From the NCBI GenBank assembly GCA_964575865.1, contig CAZNSZ010000003.1, positions 27,266 to 91,265 of the forward strand: a stretch of 64,000 nucleotides of DNA, read 5' to 3'. The DNA is from an uncultured Bacteroides sp. (lineage in GTDB: Bacteria > Bacteroidota > Bacteroidia > Bacteroidales > GCA-2748055). Below, in pieces: positions 9,131 through 19,461 of this stretch. The number at the start of each line of letters is the position of its first letter. Position 1 is the stretch's first letter. The position numbers were made by a program, and so were the translations under genes. The notes under the pieces are model-generated. The model was not told where the DNA came from, made no database searches, and saw only the letters and a program-made list of their open reading frames with translations.

Positions 9131-11953
9131 ATGGCGAAACGAGTTCCCAGAACAAGCAGAAGCAAGAGGTCGCAGCAGGCGCCGAAGCCGACGCATTCCC
9201 TCCAGTTCATTTTTCCATGTTCGGGAAGCCCCTCGGTCTCGCCGGAATACCTGCTGGAATTTGCCGATAAGATCAGGCAGGAGTATTCCTCCAGGACCAT
9301 GATCTATTGCCTTCACCACGGAGGGGCCCCGGACTGCCCTGAACACCAGCTGGTGAAGGGCCTCGATGTGAGGCATCCTTCCAACCTTGAACTGCTTGAA
9401 GCGGAAGGGGGGAGCTATTCGGTGATCCTGAATCCGGGGATCCTGGAAAGCCATTTGAATCCCAACGAGTTTTTCCGAAAGGACCTGCCGGATCCCGATG
9501 GGGAAAAGCGGTTCTACCAGATCACATTCAAAGGCAAAATGAGTGAGGGCAATGCGGGGATCATCCTTCCATCGGCTGCTGTGAGGTACATGGTGACCGC
9601 CCTCGGGAACGAGGCATTTCCTGAACCCGGCCTGGCCACCATGGTATTGAATAAGCTGGGGTTCGCTTCGGAAGAATGGGTGATCCACCAGGATATTTCA
9701 GTACGCGCACATTCACTGCGCAGGCCCCCGCTGAAAAAGCGGATCGGGCTGAGCCTCGCCTGGAATACGGTGGTGCCGTTCAGGGAGTGGAAGGATCCCT
9801 CGCTGAAGAACCTGTTTTTTATCCGGGAGCATCCGCTTTTCCGTACCGCGTTCCTGCTGACAGGTGTCCTGATTTTCATCCTGCTCCCGATCCTGAGCCT
9901 GGATGCCGGTCTTTCAGGGGACGATGAGAAGCACTACCAGCATGCCATCAAGGTGTACCGCTATTTTACCGAAGATGATCCCGCGGCCCTGGATGATCCG
10001 AGGCTGAAACTGAATTACTACGGTCAGTCTTTCGATTTCTTCACCTACCTGGTGATCCGCACCTTTCACCTGGAGGAGTCTGCCTATGAAGCGCGGCATG
10101 TGATGGTGGCCCTTACCGGGGCAGCTGCCATCCTGTTCACCGGGTTGCTTGTGAAGCTGTTTGCCGGCTATGCCGGGGGATGGCTCGCGCTGATCCTCAT
10201 GTTCCTCTCCCCCCGTTTCCTCGGACACGCCTTCAACAATCCCATGGATATCCCCTTTGCGCTGGGGAATATCTTCACACTCTATCACATGATCCTCTTC
10301 CTGAAGAAGCTCCCGCGGATCAGCGTCAGGTCGGCTGTCTGGATCGCGGTGGGGATCGGGTGGACCAACGGGATCAGGATCGGAGGGCTCCTGCTGGTTC
10401 CTTACCTGTTCATGTTTTCCGGTCTTTACCTGCTGCTGCACCGCTGGCCCTGGAAATTCTTTTCGGCGGGCTGGTGGCGTTTCGCCATGAAGGGATTGCT
10501 TTCCCTGGTGCTGATCTCTCTCTCCGGGTACCTGCTGAGCCTGCTGACCTGGCCCTATGCGCTGCAGGATATCGTCAACCATCCGATCCAGGCGTTCAAG
10601 GTGATGTCCAATATCCAGGTCTCGATCCGGGTCCTTTACGACGGGCTCATCTACTGGTCCGACCGGCTCCCATGGCATTACATCCCCCAGAATATCTGGA
10701 TCACTGTTCCGGTGGTCGTCCTGCTGGGATGGCTCCTTTCATCCTTCACCTGGATCCTGGAGAAAAGGGAAAGACAGGGGTTCTGGACATTCATGCTCTG
10801 GTTTACCGTCCTGTTTCCCGTTCTATTCATCATCTACCGGGAATCGAATGTCTATGGAGGCTGGCGGCACATGATGTTCGTCTATCCCTCCATGCTGGCC
10901 CTGTCGGCCATGTCAATCACCACCCTGATCAGGAGGGCCGGGAACAGGTGGGTGAGGACAGCCGCCGTGGTCCTGGTCGCTGCAGGGCTGATCCACCCCC
11001 TGCGGCATACCATCGTGAACCATCCCAATACCTACATCTATTTCAATGAGTGGGCCGGGGGCATCAACCATACTTACGGGAAATTCGAAACCGACTACTA
11101 CTCCAACAGCCTCAAACCCGCAAGCGACTATTTCATCAGGAACGTTCTGCCCGAGGCGTCGGGCGGTCCGGGCGACACGGTCCGGGTGGTCAGCAACGCT
11201 GACATCGGTTATTATTTCAGGAACCATACCGACCAGGTGGCCCCGTTTTACAGCCGCTATTACGACCGGGGCAAATACGACTGGGACTATGCCATCCTCT
11301 ATTGCAACTACATCCACCCCTATCAGCTCAACCATGGGTTATGGCCCCCGAAAAACACCATCGCCGAGATCAGGGTCGACGATGTGGTGGTGGCAGCCAT
11401 TGTGGAGCGGCGGAACAGGGACGATTATTACGGCTCCAGTCTGCTGGCCGAGGGGATCAGGGACCAGGACCGGGATAAAATGGCGCAGGCCCTCCACTAC
11501 CTGGAAAGCGCCATCAACTATGACAACCACAACGAGGCGGCCCACCTTGAGCTGGGCAATGCCTACCTGGCATTTACCCGGTTCGGGGAGACCAGGGCCC
11601 TCATGGACCGCCTGCTGGAGTTCTACCCCGATTACGACAAGGCCCTGAACCTGAAAGGATACTCCTATGTGGTGGAGGCAGAGATCAATCAGCAGTGGGA
11701 GCTTCTGGACCAGGCCATTCAGGTGATCAACCTGGCCATCCAGTCCAATTATAAATTCTATTCGGGGTACTACAACCTGGGGCTCTGCTACGGCATGAAG
11801 AACGATAAGGACAATGCCGTATACAACTTCCGGCAGGCCATCCGTTATAATGGCAGGTTCAAGGCAGCATATGAGAGGCTGGCAGAGGTATACGAATATT
11901 TCGGGGACACGGAAATGGCCAACACCGTGCGGGCCCAGTTAAATCGGTTGTAA
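9131..11953 (+). CDS. large membrane protein: unassigned N-terminal domain + GT-C/PMT_2 (ArnT-like) multi-TM core + C-terminal TPR repeats
   Basis: 940-aa ORF. It has ~12 hydrophobic helices between roughly aa 250-640 and TPR-like repeats at the C-terminus (LELGNAYLAF, YNLGLCYGMKNDKDNAVYNFRQAIRYN). The start codon is uncertain. Confidence 0.5.
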   Translation: MAKRVPRTSRSKRSQQAPKPTHSLQFIFPCSGSPSVSPEYLLEFADKIRQEYSSRTMIYCLHHGGAPDCPEHQLVKGLDVRHPSNLELLEAEGGSYSVILNPGILESHLNPNEFFRKDLPDPDGEKRFYQITFKGKMSEGNAGIILPSAAVRYMVTALGNEAFPEPGLATMVLNKLGFASEEWVIHQDISVRAHSLRRPPLKKRIGLSLAWNTVVPFREWKDPSLKNLFFIREHPLFRTAFLLTGVLIFILLPILSLDAGLSGDDEKHYQHAIKVYRYFTEDDPAALDDPRLKLNYYGQSFDFFTYLVIRTFHLEESAYEARHVMVALTGAAAILFTGLLVKLFAGYAGGWLALILMFLSPRFLGHAFNNPMDIPFALGNIFTLYHMILFLKKLPRISVRSAVWIAVGIGWTNGIRIGGLLLVPYLFMFSGLYLLLHRWPWKFFSAGWWRFAMKGLLSLVLISLSGYLLSLLTWPYALQDIVNHPIQAFKVMSNIQVSIRVLYDGLIYWSDRLPWHYIPQNIWITVPVVVLLGWLLSSFTWILEKRERQGFWTFMLWFTVLFPVLFIIYRESNVYGGWRHMMFVYPSMLALSAMSITTLIRRAGNRWVRTAAVVLVAAGLIHPLRHTIVNHPNTYIYFNEWAGGINHTYGKFETDYYSNSLKPASDYFIRNVLPEASGGPGDTVRVVSNADIGYYFRNHTDQVAPFYSRYYDRGKYDWDYAILYCNYIHPYQLNHGLWPPKNTIAEIRVDDVVVAAIVERRNRDDYYGSSLLAEGIRDQDRDKMAQALHYLESAINYDNHNEAAHLELGNAYLAFTRFGETRALMDRLLEFYPDYDKALNLKGYSYVVEAEINQQWELLDQAIQVINLAIQSNYKFYSGYYNLGLCYGMKNDKDNAVYNFRQAIRYNGRFKAAYERLAEVYEYFGDTEMANTVRAQLNRL

Positions 11954-11955
11954 AG

Positions 11956-13398
11956 ATGAAGGTGGCAATTATCGGGGCCGGACCGGCGGGGATGACAGCA
12001 GCGTACCAGATCTCAAAAAAACTTGGGAAGGAGGTCACACAGCTCGATGTGTACGAAAAAAGCGACCGGGTGGGGGGGCTTTCCCGGAGCCTCGACCTGT
12101 GGGATCAGCGGGTGGACCTGGGGCCACACAGGTTTTTCAGCCACGACCCCGGCATCAATGCCCTCTGGCTCGAAGTGGTCGGTGACAAGTACGGGATCGT
12201 GAACCGGCAGACCCGCATCTATTATAAAAAACGTTTTTTCGATTACCCCATCAAGGCCTTCAATGCGCTCAGGGGGCTCGGGATAATTGAAGCGGGGCGG
12301 TGCCTGGTCAGCTACGGCATCGAACGGCTTTTTCCCACCCGGGACACCTCCACCTTCGAGGGATGGGTGACCAGCAGGTTCGGGAGGCGGCTCTATACCA
12401 TCTTCTTTAAAACCTATTCCGAAAAGCTCTGGGGGATCCCGTGTACGGATCTGGATTCCGACTTCGCTGCCCAGCGGATCAAAAAACTCTCGCTGTTCGA
12501 AGCCATCCGGAATGCCCTGATCCAGGGGAAGGGAAACATGCATGCCACCCTGGTGGAACAATTCGCCTATCCGCACGGCGGGACCGGCTCAGTGTATGAA
12601 TCGATGCAGCGAAGCATCGGGTCCCGTGGCGGCAGGGTGCACCTGGACCAGGGCGTGGAACGGGTGATCACCCGGGGCGGGAGGGCGTGTGCCATCCAGC
12701 TGGAATCGGGCGAACAACCTGAATACGATGAGATCATCTCTACCATGCCCATCTCGCAGCTGCTGGAAAGACTGCCCGAGGCACCTCCGGAGATCAGAGA
12801 ACTGGCCGGGAAACTCACATTCCGGAATACGATCCTGGTATACCTGAAGGTGGACCGGAGCGACCTGTTCACGGACCAGTGGCTCTATGTCCATGATCCG
12901 TCTGTGGAAGTGGGCAGGGTAACCAACTTCAGGAACTGGCTTCCTTCTGTTTACGGATCATCGGATGCTTCCATCCTCTGTCTGGAGTACTGGTGCTATT
13001 TTGACGATCCGCTCTGGAAAATGGAACCTGAGCAGCTGATCGGCAAAGCCAGGAATGAGATCGTTCAGACCGGACTGGTGAGGGACGGAGAGGTCAGCCA
13101 GGGGCAGGTAGTCCGTCTCCCCCGGTGCTATCCCGTCTATTTCAGGGGGTACCGGGAGGTCATGAAACCGGTGGAAGCTTACCTGAATACGGTGGGGGGA
13201 TTGCATGCCATCGGCCGGTACGGCGCTTATAAATATAACAACCAGGACCATAGTATTTTAATGGGCATGCGTGTAGCGGAAAATATCCTGGAAGGGAGCC
13301 GGCATGACCTGTGGGCCATCAACACCGATTACGAAACTTACCAGGAATCGTCGGTGATCACCGAAACCGGACTGGTCACCGTGTCCGGTTCAGGGTGA
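11956..13398 (+). CDS. FAD/NAD(P)-dependent oxidoreductase (amine-oxidase/desaturase-like fold)
   Basis: N-terminal dinucleotide motif KVAIIGAGPAGMTAAY...YEKSDRVGG. Starts 2 nt after the upstream gene's stop. Confidence 0.65.
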   Translation: MKVAIIGAGPAGMTAAYQISKKLGKEVTQLDVYEKSDRVGGLSRSLDLWDQRVDLGPHRFFSHDPGINALWLEVVGDKYGIVNRQTRIYYKKRFFDYPIKAFNALRGLGIIEAGRCLVSYGIERLFPTRDTSTFEGWVTSRFGRRLYTIFFKTYSEKLWGIPCTDLDSDFAAQRIKKLSLFEAIRNALIQGKGNMHATLVEQFAYPHGGTGSVYESMQRSIGSRGGRVHLDQGVERVITRGGRACAIQLESGEQPEYDEIISTMPISQLLERLPEAPPEIRELAGKLTFRNTILVYLKVDRSDLFTDQWLYVHDPSVEVGRVTNFRNWLPSVYGSSDASILCLEYWCYFDDPLWKMEPEQLIGKARNEIVQTGLVRDGEVSQGQVVRLPRCYPVYFRGYREVMKPVEAYLNTVGGLHAIGRYGAYKYNNQDHSILMGMRVAENILEGSRHDLWAINTDYETYQESSVITETGLVTVSGSG

Positions 13399-13409
13399 TG
13401 AATGATTTG

Positions 13410-13417
13410 TATATTTG
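13410..13417 (+). promoter_or_regulatory. candidate -7 promoter box (TATATTTG)
   Basis: Matches TAnnTTTG, 15 nt upstream of the ATG at 13433. Confidence 0.35.
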
Positions 13418-13432
13418 CACAAACCTTTGACA

Positions 13433-14266
13433 ATGAATTTCCTGAGGTTCTTAACCACCAAAAAATTCCTGCGCCACCTGGGGATCGCAGCCGGGATCAC
13501 CCTCCTGATACTGACAGGGACCATGCTCTGGCTCAGGATATATACCCACCACGGGCACACCATCACCGTCCCCGACTTATCCGGACTGACCCTGGAGGAG
13601 GTGGAGGACGTCACCGCTGCCCGGGAGCTTCGCTACGAGGTGGTGGATTCGGTCTTCTCCTCGGAGATGCCCAGGGGAACGGTGCTGAAGCAGAATCCAC
13701 GCGCAACCTCGGAAGTCAAAAAGAACCGCAAGATCTTTCTGACCATGAATGCGGTCAATCCGGAAACGGTCACCATGCCCAGGCTGGTGGGACTCTCCAT
13801 CAGGCAGGCGAGGCTGGCCCTTCAGAATGCGGGCCTCGAACTGGGCGACATCGAATACAGGCCGGACTACGCCATCAACAACGTGTTACAACAAATGCAT
13901 CGCGACTCCGTTATTAATGAAGGCACTGAAATCACAAGGGGATCGGTCATTGATCTGGTGCTGGGAATGGGTCTGAGCAACGAGACCACCCGGGTTCCCG
14001 ATTTGGTGGGACTGGGACTGGAAGCAGCCACCGGGGTGATCGCTGACCACTACCTGAATATCGGGGCCATCACCTTTGACGAGAGCATTGAAGACGGTGA
14101 GGACAGTGCCCGGGCATTTATCTGGCGGCAGTATCCTGAATTCGAAGCATTCAGGAGGCTGAACATGGGACTGGAAGTGGACATCTGGCTGACGGTGGAT
14201 TCGACCCTGCTCCCGGTGGCGGATACCCTGCAGGCAGGTGAAGAGACAGAAATCTTGGATGAATAA
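13433..14266 (+). CDS. PASTA domain-containing membrane-anchored protein
   Basis: N-terminal TM helix followed by three repeats, each opening with (V/T)x(V/M)P(D/R)L(S/V)GL as in PASTA domains. Start moved from the alternative start at 13415 to ATG 13433. Confidence 0.7.
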   Translation: MNFLRFLTTKKFLRHLGIAAGITLLILTGTMLWLRIYTHHGHTITVPDLSGLTLEEVEDVTAARELRYEVVDSVFSSEMPRGTVLKQNPRATSEVKKNRKIFLTMNAVNPETVTMPRLVGLSIRQARLALQNAGLELGDIEYRPDYAINNVLQQMHRDSVINEGTEITRGSVIDLVLGMGLSNETTRVPDLVGLGLEAATGVIADHYLNIGAITFDESIEDGEDSARAFIWRQYPEFEAFRRLNMGLEVDIWLTVDSTLLPVADTLQAGEETEILDE

Positions 14267-16127
14267 ATTGACCAGAGCTTTGGCTGCCTGGTGCACGGTG
14301 GCAGGAATGCTGCCGGCGGCACGGGCCCAGGAAGTGATCCTTCCCCTCTATGACAATCCCGCGGCAGCCCGTGCCGTGAAGACATGGGAGGGTGGGAAGA
14401 AAAGTGCCCGCGCGGAAATGCTTTCCCTGCCGCTTTTCGATGATTTCAGCCGGGGCTACGGCATCCCGGACCCAGGTCTCTGGAGCGACGCTTACGCGTT
14501 TGTCAACAACAACTTCGCCATTGAACCGGTCACCAACGGGGTGGCCACTCTGGATGCACTGGATACCGACGGAAGCCTGTATGCCGGGGCGGTGCTCGAT
14601 CCCAACACCTTCGTTGCGGATACCCTCACCTCCCACCCCATCGGGCTTGACTTTCCGGTCTCCGACAGCATTTATCTCAGCTTTCTCTACCAGCCGGCCG
14701 GATTGTGTGATCCCCCCGAGGAACAGGACTCCCTGATGGTCGATTTTTTTGCGCCCGATTCGGCAAGGTGGGTCCCCGTCTGGAGCATCCCGGGAGGGAA
14801 CCTGCATGCCTTCCGCCAGGTGATGATCCCGGTCACCGATACGATTTTCCTGAAGGAGGGATTCCGGTTCCGGTTCCGCAACCGGGCAAGCCTGGCCCGC
14901 AACAGCGACTATCCGGACATGCGCAGCAACGTGGATTACTGGCACCTCGATTACATCAGGCTGGACAGGAACCGCTTCCGGGCCGACACGGTGATGAGGG
15001 ATGTGGCGTTCACCACCCCCCTCAACTCGATCCTGAAGGACCTCACCTCGGTCCCCTGGTCCCATTTTGAGGAGGCGTACAATACCGTGCTGGACCAGTA
15101 CGCCTTCGCCCGTTACCGCAACAACGACACCATCCCCCGCAACATCACCAGGTCGCTCACCATCCTGGAACCTTACTACAACGAGATCCATAATCCGGTG
15201 GAACCCACTGCACAGGACATTCCTGCCCAGCAGGACACCATTGTCAATTTCGGATATTTCTATCCCCTGGAATTCAACCGGGGCGATTCGGCACTGCTCC
15301 GATTCCGTGCAGCCCTCCGGACCGACGAATTCGATCCAAAAGTCAACGACACCGTGGTGCACGACCAGGTCTTCAGCAACTATTATGCCTATGACGACGG
15401 CACCCCTGAAGCGGGGTACGGACTGCGCGGGGGAGGGACCCGGAACGGCATGGTGGCGGTCAGATACCGCGCCTACCAGCAGGACATGCTGGGGGGAGTC
15501 TACATCTATTTCAACCATGTCTATGATTCCCTGAACATGGATTATTATTTCAAGCTGATGGTATGGGATGAGGTGGACGGACGGCCGGGAAACCTGATCT
15601 GGGAAGACGGGAACGATCACACACCCAGGTATTCGGGATCGTATGACGGACTGGTCCGGTACGACTTCTCACAGCCGGTTCCCGTGGACGGGCCCTTTTT
15701 TGTGGGCTGGCTGCAGTACAACCAGTACCTGCTGAACGTGGGACTGGACCGCAACAGCCGTCCCTCCGCCCCGGTGATGTTCTATAATTTCCAGGGCAAT
15801 TGGGAATCCAGTCAGGCTCCCGGGGTCATCATGTTCAGGCCGTTTCTCTACAGCGAGCCCACCGCCGCCGAACATCAGCGGCAGGACCAGGTATCCCTCC
15901 ATATCTATCCCAATCCCGCCACCGACAGGGTCTTTATCGACTGGCCCCGGGGATTCCCCCCCGGTATCGTCACACTGGAACTGTTCGATACAGCCGGCCG
16001 GAGGATCCCCATGAACCTGACACCCGGCGAGAGCCTGGATGTATCGGGCCTCGCTCCAGGCATTTATCACATGAGGATCGCCTCGGGAGCCACAACCTTC
16101 CGCTCCAAACTGGTGATCAACCGCTGA
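14259..16127 (+). CDS. secreted protein of unknown function with T9SS C-terminal sorting domain
   Basis: Signal peptide MNKLTRALAAWCTVAGMLPAARAQ. The C-terminal ~80 aa (LHIYPNPATDRVFID...LELFDTAGRRI...GIYHMRIASG...KLVINR) match the Por/T9SS CTD pattern. Confidence 0.7.
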   Translation: MNKLTRALAAWCTVAGMLPAARAQEVILPLYDNPAAARAVKTWEGGKKSARAEMLSLPLFDDFSRGYGIPDPGLWSDAYAFVNNNFAIEPVTNGVATLDALDTDGSLYAGAVLDPNTFVADTLTSHPIGLDFPVSDSIYLSFLYQPAGLCDPPEEQDSLMVDFFAPDSARWVPVWSIPGGNLHAFRQVMIPVTDTIFLKEGFRFRFRNRASLARNSDYPDMRSNVDYWHLDYIRLDRNRFRADTVMRDVAFTTPLNSILKDLTSVPWSHFEEAYNTVLDQYAFARYRNNDTIPRNITRSLTILEPYYNEIHNPVEPTAQDIPAQQDTIVNFGYFYPLEFNRGDSALLRFRAALRTDEFDPKVNDTVVHDQVFSNYYAYDDGTPEAGYGLRGGGTRNGMVAVRYRAYQQDMLGGVYIYFNHVYDSLNMDYYFKLMVWDEVDGRPGNLIWEDGNDHTPRYSGSYDGLVRYDFSQPVPVDGPFFVGWLQYNQYLLNVGLDRNSRPSAPVMFYNFQGNWESSQAPGVIMFRPFLYSEPTAAEHQRQDQVSLHIYPNPATDRVFIDWPRGFPPGIVTLELFDTAGRRIPMNLTPGESLDVSGLAPGIYHMRIASGATTFRSKLVINR

Positions 16128-16130
16128 ATC

Positions 16131-17156
16131 ATGCACGGGGAACAGGAAGAGAACAATGAACTGTTCGAGCATTACCGGATTCAGGCAGACCCGGGACAAT
16201 CACCGGTAAGGATCGATAAATTTCTTTTCAACAGGCTGGAGGGGGCCTCCAGGACCCGGATACAGGCAGCTGCAGGGGCAGGGAACATCCTGGTGAACGA
16301 GAAGCCGGTGAAACCGAGTTACCGGGTGAAGCCGGAAGATGCCATCTCCATCCTGCTTCCCCATCCCCCGAGGAATTTTGAGCTGGTCCCGGAAGATATC
16401 CCCCTGGAGATCGTGTACGAGGATGAACACCTGCTGGTGGTCAACAAGGAAGCGGGCATGGTGGTCCACCCCGGCGTGGGCAACCCGGCCGGCACCCTGG
16501 TGAATGCCCTGTTACACCACCTGAAGGATCACCCGCTGTTCAGCCCGGATGAAGAACGTCCCGGACTGGTCCACCGGATCGATAAGAACACCTCGGGACT
16601 GCTGGTGGTGGCCAAGACGGAACTTGCACTGAGCAGGCTGGCCCGTCAGTTCTTTCATAAGACCACCCGCAGAACCTACCTGGCGCTGGTGTGGGGATCA
16701 CCCGGACAGGAGGAGGGGACCATCAGGGGCCACATCGGCAGGAATCCGAGGGACAGGAAACTGATGCATGTTTTCCCCGACGGGTCGCAGGGAAAGGAAG
16801 CGGTCACCCACTACCGCGTGGTGGAAAAACTGGGTTATGTGAACCTGGTGGAATGCCGGCTGGAGACAGGCCGTACCCACCAGATCAGGGTACACTTTCA
16901 GTTCATTGCACACCCGGTCTTCAACGATCCTGAGTACGGGGGCAACCGCGTGCTTCGCGGGACCACCTTCTCGAAATACAAACAGTTCGTAACCGGGTGC
17001 TTCAACCTGCTTCCCGGTCAGGCCCTTCACGCGAGCACCCTGGGATTTGTCCATCCCGCCAGCGGGGAGGAGGTCCTTTTCGAGGCCCCGCTTCCGGAAG
17101 GATTCAGTCAGGTGCTGGACCGGTGGAGAACCTACCTGAAGGGGAGAAACGATTAA
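16131..17156 (+). CDS. rluD: RluA-family 23S rRNA pseudouridine synthase (RluD-like)
   Basis: S4-like N-terminus plus catalytic motif HRIDKNTSGLLVVAK and THQIRVH. Confidence 0.8.
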   Translation: MHGEQEENNELFEHYRIQADPGQSPVRIDKFLFNRLEGASRTRIQAAAGAGNILVNEKPVKPSYRVKPEDAISILLPHPPRNFELVPEDIPLEIVYEDEHLLVVNKEAGMVVHPGVGNPAGTLVNALLHHLKDHPLFSPDEERPGLVHRIDKNTSGLLVVAKTELALSRLARQFFHKTTRRTYLALVWGSPGQEEGTIRGHIGRNPRDRKLMHVFPDGSQGKEAVTHYRVVEKLGYVNLVECRLETGRTHQIRVHFQFIAHPVFNDPEYGGNRVLRGTTFSKYKQFVTGCFNLLPGQALHASTLGFVHPASGEEVLFEAPLPEGFSQVLDRWRTYLKGRND

Positions 17157-17293
17157 ACCGGGTCCTGTCCCATCCATGGAACCAGTTCGTGGATATATGG
17201 TCCCGTTCGTCAAAATGGATGCCTCTGCATCAATGTGTTATGTAAATTAGATTGTAAATTTATCTGAGGACATTTCTTGATTGAACCGAGACG

Positions 17294-18271
17294 ATGAACA
17301 TTGCAGTTTTCGCAGGCGGGGATTCCTCTGAGTACGGGATCTCCATGAAAAGCGCCGGACAGGTGAAAAGGTGGCTGGAGGCCGCCGGACATAACTGCTA
17401 TCTGGTGGAAGTAAGGAGGAACCAGTGGACGGTCCTCGACGGGGATCAGCGTATCGCCCTGGATAAGAACGATTTCAGTTTTACAGGCGGGCAGGGACGC
17501 ATTCAGATGGAGTTTGCCTGGAACACCATCCACGGCACTCCGGGAGAAGACGGAAAGCTGCAGGGATGCTTCGACATGTCGGGGATCCCCTACAGTTGTT
17601 CCAACCACCTCTCCTCAGCCCTTACCTTCAACAAATACACCTGCAAAAGTTTCCTCAGGCAGCACCAGATCCTCACACCCGAATCGAGCCTGGTGAGAAA
17701 GAACATGGAGACCGACCTGGAAGAGGTGGCTGAAAAAGTGGGACTGCCCTGCTTTGTCAAACCGAACAGCGGCGGATCCAGCTTCGGAACAACCAAAGTG
17801 GTCCGGTTCGAAAACCTGCAGGCTGCGCTCAACGAAGCACTGAGGGAGGATCAGGAGGCCCTTGTGGAGCGGTATATCAAGGGGACCGAGGTCACCTGCG
17901 GATTGCTCAAAACCAGGAAAGGGTTTACGGTATTTCCCCTCACCGAGATCGTCTCCAGCAACGATTTTTTCGACTACGAAGCCAAGTACACCGAAGGCAA
18001 GGCCCAGGAGATCACACCTGCCAGGATCAAACCGGGACTGGAGACCCTGTGCAAAGAACTGGCCATGCAGGTGTATGAACTGACCAACTCATCAGGGATC
18101 GTCAGGGTCGATTTCATCATCAAGGGGAACCAGGTCTACTTCCTGGAGCTCAATTCCATTCCGGGGATGTCACCTGAAAGCATCATCCCCAAACAGGTGG
18201 CCGTCACGGGCACACCCATGGAAAAAGTGCTGCAGCAGGTCATCGACAATGCCCTCTCTAACCGGACCTAG
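17294..18271 (+). CDS. ddl: D-alanine--D-alanine ligase
   Basis: ATP-grasp layout. Segments HGTPGEDGKLQG, CFVKPNSGGSSFG and FLELNSIPGM. Confidence 0.85.
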   Translation: MNIAVFAGGDSSEYGISMKSAGQVKRWLEAAGHNCYLVEVRRNQWTVLDGDQRIALDKNDFSFTGGQGRIQMEFAWNTIHGTPGEDGKLQGCFDMSGIPYSCSNHLSSALTFNKYTCKSFLRQHQILTPESSLVRKNMETDLEEVAEKVGLPCFVKPNSGGSSFGTTKVVRFENLQAALNEALREDQEALVERYIKGTEVTCGLLKTRKGFTVFPLTEIVSSNDFFDYEAKYTEGKAQEITPARIKPGLETLCKELAMQVYELTNSSGIVRVDFIIKGNQVYFLELNSIPGMSPESIIPKQVAVTGTPMEKVLQQVIDNALSNRT

Positions 18272-18903
18272 TTGCGGTCCAGGAGCACGTCCAGTTTTAC
18301 GACCATTTCATCATCGATGAAGTTATCCTTCATGCTCGCGAAAACGGATTTGGACATGTGGTTCACTTCCCACCGGGTGCGGTCCAGAACGATCTTCCCG
18401 GTGCGCGCCCGGATCACCTGGTCCTCCATGGTAATCTCTGCGGGGAACGTGATCTGGTTGGTGTTGCCGCGGATGGTCAGGTCCCCCGTGACCATATGCA
18501 TGGAGGATTCACCCGGCATCTGTTCCACGCCGGTGATGACAAAAGAGGCCTTGGGGTACTTCTCCACATAAAAGAAATCCTCCGAAAGCAGGTGATTGAC
18601 CAGCCGTTCGCGCATGCCGTCGTTCTGTACATCCTCATTGCGGATGGTGGTCATGTCCAGTTCGAAAGAACCTCCGGTGATCATTTCGCCGTCTGTTGAG
18701 GCATTCCCGCTGACCACCTCGATGGTGCCGTGGTGCATTCCTCCCGGTTTGGTACCCTCCCAGTAGACGGTACTGGCCGAGGTATTGTAGGCGAAGGCCG
18801 GTCCTTTCGCTGCATTGTCTTCTCCGGCAATCTCGTTGGAAGCCCGCAGTGAAGCGGACATCATCATGGCTGCTGCCATCAGGGTCAAGGTTGTGTTTTT
18901 CAT
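18268..18903 (-). CDS. YceI-like periplasmic polyisoprenoid-binding protein
   Basis: Signal peptide plus YceI-like segment MVTGDLTIRGNTNQITFPAE. Confidence 0.65.
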   Translation of the reverse strand: MKNTTLTLMAAAMMMSASLRASNEIAGEDNAAKGPAFAYNTSASTVYWEGTKPGGMHHGTIEVVSGNASTDGEMITGGSFELDMTTIRNEDVQNDGMRERLVNHLLSEDFFYVEKYPKASFVITGVEQMPGESSMHMVTGDLTIRGNTNQITFPAEITMEDQVIRARTGKIVLDRTRWEVNHMSKSVFASMKDNFIDDEMVVKLDVLLDRN

Positions 18904-19027
18904 TGCTATATCGGTTTTTTGTTTAACGTTTTCAACAATGAATTAAACAATATCATATTAAAAATGTTTTGATCCAGACCGGTTTTTTAACATTATTTGC
19001 ATTTTTTGGCTACATTTACCGGCACTT

Positions 19028-19450
19028 ATGCGCCTCGCGAAAAACATCCTGCTGGCGGGACTGGTCCTCTGGCTGAGTTCCTGCCATTACAGCGAAAACG
19101 GGATCTATTTCGCAGAGCCGGTACCCGGCGAACCCCCCGAATTTAACGTATCCGTGAATCTGGACACCCTTGCGGGTCCCGTTGTCAGTGACAGCATGGA
19201 AGTGCGTTACGAGGTGGAGATCGAAAACGGTGAGTTCTACCTGATGGAAGCCTACCTGGCCGACACCTGGATTAACGGCTCCGATTCCGTTCAGTATTCC
19301 TTCTGGCTGCAGCATGACGATGTCCCGTTCCCGGGGCCCGATACCCTGTACCTGTTCTTCTATTACAGCACCAACACCAACAGCCTTGCCGATCTCATCG
19401 GGCTGGAAGCCATTGCGGCGCGCAGGAGTTACGGGATCATTTTCCACTGA
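19028..19450 (+). CDS. hypothetical lipoprotein
   Basis: Lipobox-like LWLSSC signal peptide. No recognisable motif otherwise. Confidence 0.45.
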   Translation: MRLAKNILLAGLVLWLSSCHYSENGIYFAEPVPGEPPEFNVSVNLDTLAGPVVSDSMEVRYEVEIENGEFYLMEAYLADTWINGSDSVQYSFWLQHDDVPFPGPDTLYLFFYYSTNTNSLADLIGLEAIAARRSYGIIFH

Positions 19451-19461
19451 GTGAGGGAACC

